Shown piece by piece: positions 62,978 to 64,000 of a DNA stretch of 64,000 nucleotides; the first letter of the stretch is position 1; each line of letters starts with the position of its first letter. This stretch comes from Heterodontus francisci (Eukaryota), in NCBI RefSeq assembly GCF_036365525.1, contig NC_090401.1, forward strand, positions 30,711,036 through 30,775,035, read 5' to 3'. The translations under genes and the position numbers were made by a program. The notes beneath the pieces are model-generated. The model was not told where the DNA came from. It ran no database searches and saw only the letters and a list, made by a program, of their open reading frames with translations.

Positions 62978-63303
62978 GGTAGCATAGTGATTATGTTACT
63001 AGGCTAATAAATCAGAGGCCAAGGCTGCTTATCTGAAGGCTTGAGTTTAAATCCCACCATGTCAGTTGGGGAATTTAAATTCAGTTAATTAAATAAATGT
63101 GGAATAAAAAGTTAGTATCAGTAATGGTGACAACGAAATTACTGCATTGTTGCTCTTTAGGGAAGAAAGTCTGCCATCTTTACAGAGTCTGGCCTACATG
63201 TGATCTCAGACCCAGTGATGTGATTGATTCTTAATTGCCCTCTGAAATTGCTTGACAAGCCACTCTGTTGTAGCAAAACTGCTGTGACAGACTCCAGTGG
63301 TTC
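62978..63303 (+). mobile_element. tRNA-head SINE (third family)
   Basis: A-box-like tagcatagtg, B-box-like gagtttaaatccc, body tttagggaagaaagtctgcc...tctggcctacatgtga. Confidence 0.6.
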
Positions 63304-64000
63304 ACAAGAACACAAGAAATAGGAGCAGAAGTAGACCATATGACCCATTGAGCCTGATCCACCATTCAATACAATCATGGTTTCAACTCCACTTTACTGC
63401 CCGCTCCCCATATCCCTTGATTCCCTGCAAGACCAAAAATCTATCTAACCCAGCCTTAAATGTTTTCAATGATGGAGCATCCACAACCCTCTGGGGTAGA
63501 GAATTCCAAAGATTCACAACCCATTGACTGAAGTAATTTCTCCTCATCTCAGTCCTGAATGATCAGCCCTTATCTTGAGATTGTGCCCCCGGGTTCTAGA
63601 TTCCCCGACCAGTGGAAACAATCTCTCATCTTCTACCCTATCAAGCCCTTTCAGAATCTTGTATGTCTCAATTAGATCACCTCTCATTCTTCTAAACTCC
63701 AGAGAATATAGGCCCAATTTACAGTCTTTCATCGTAGGACAACCCTTTCATCCCAGGGACCAATTTAGTAAATCTTCGCTGTACCGTCTCCAGTGCAAGT
63801 ATATCCTTTCTTAAATGTGGAGATTGAAACTGCACACAGTATTCCAGGTACAATTCTCACCAAAGCCCTGTACAATTCTAGTAAGACTTCTTTATTCCTG
63901 TACTCCAATCCCCTTGTAATAAAGGCCAACATGCCATTTGCCTGCTGAACCTGCATGTTAACTTTGTGTGTTTCTTATACGAGAAACCCCAAGTCTCTCT
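63304..64000 (-). mobile_element. CR1 3' portion (runs off the window)
   Basis: LGLYSLEFRRMRGDLIETYKIL and ANGMLAFITRGLEYRNKEVLLELYRALVR; tail at 63305. Confidence 0.93.

Overview
Gene-poor, repeat-dense vertebrate DNA, most likely from a shark or other elasmobranch (four HE1/V-SINE-type copies, abundant CR1, L2, RTE and Penelope-like retroelements, three solo LTRs, and many PIF/Harbinger derivatives and MITEs). I find no intact host protein-coding gene; the window looks intronic or intergenic, with a few AT-rich stretches that resemble enhancers. The main oddity is a 2.9-kb RTE insertion (4104-7030) bounded by an 11-bp direct repeat (AGACCACATCT). It consists of an inverted RTE 5' end, about 1.1 kb of non-RTE sequence that includes a BH3-to-BH1 fragment of a Bcl-2-family gene, and a forward RTE 3' end. 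Also present: minimal hammerhead ribozyme cores in two different Penelope-like families, a possible HDV-like ribozyme remnant at the RTE 5' end, a CpG-decayed copy of the start of 28S rRNA, and old LF-SINE-like and Deu-SINE-like copies. Family names come from recalled consensus motifs, not database searches. Repeat boundaries without a stated target-site duplication (TSD) are approximate.
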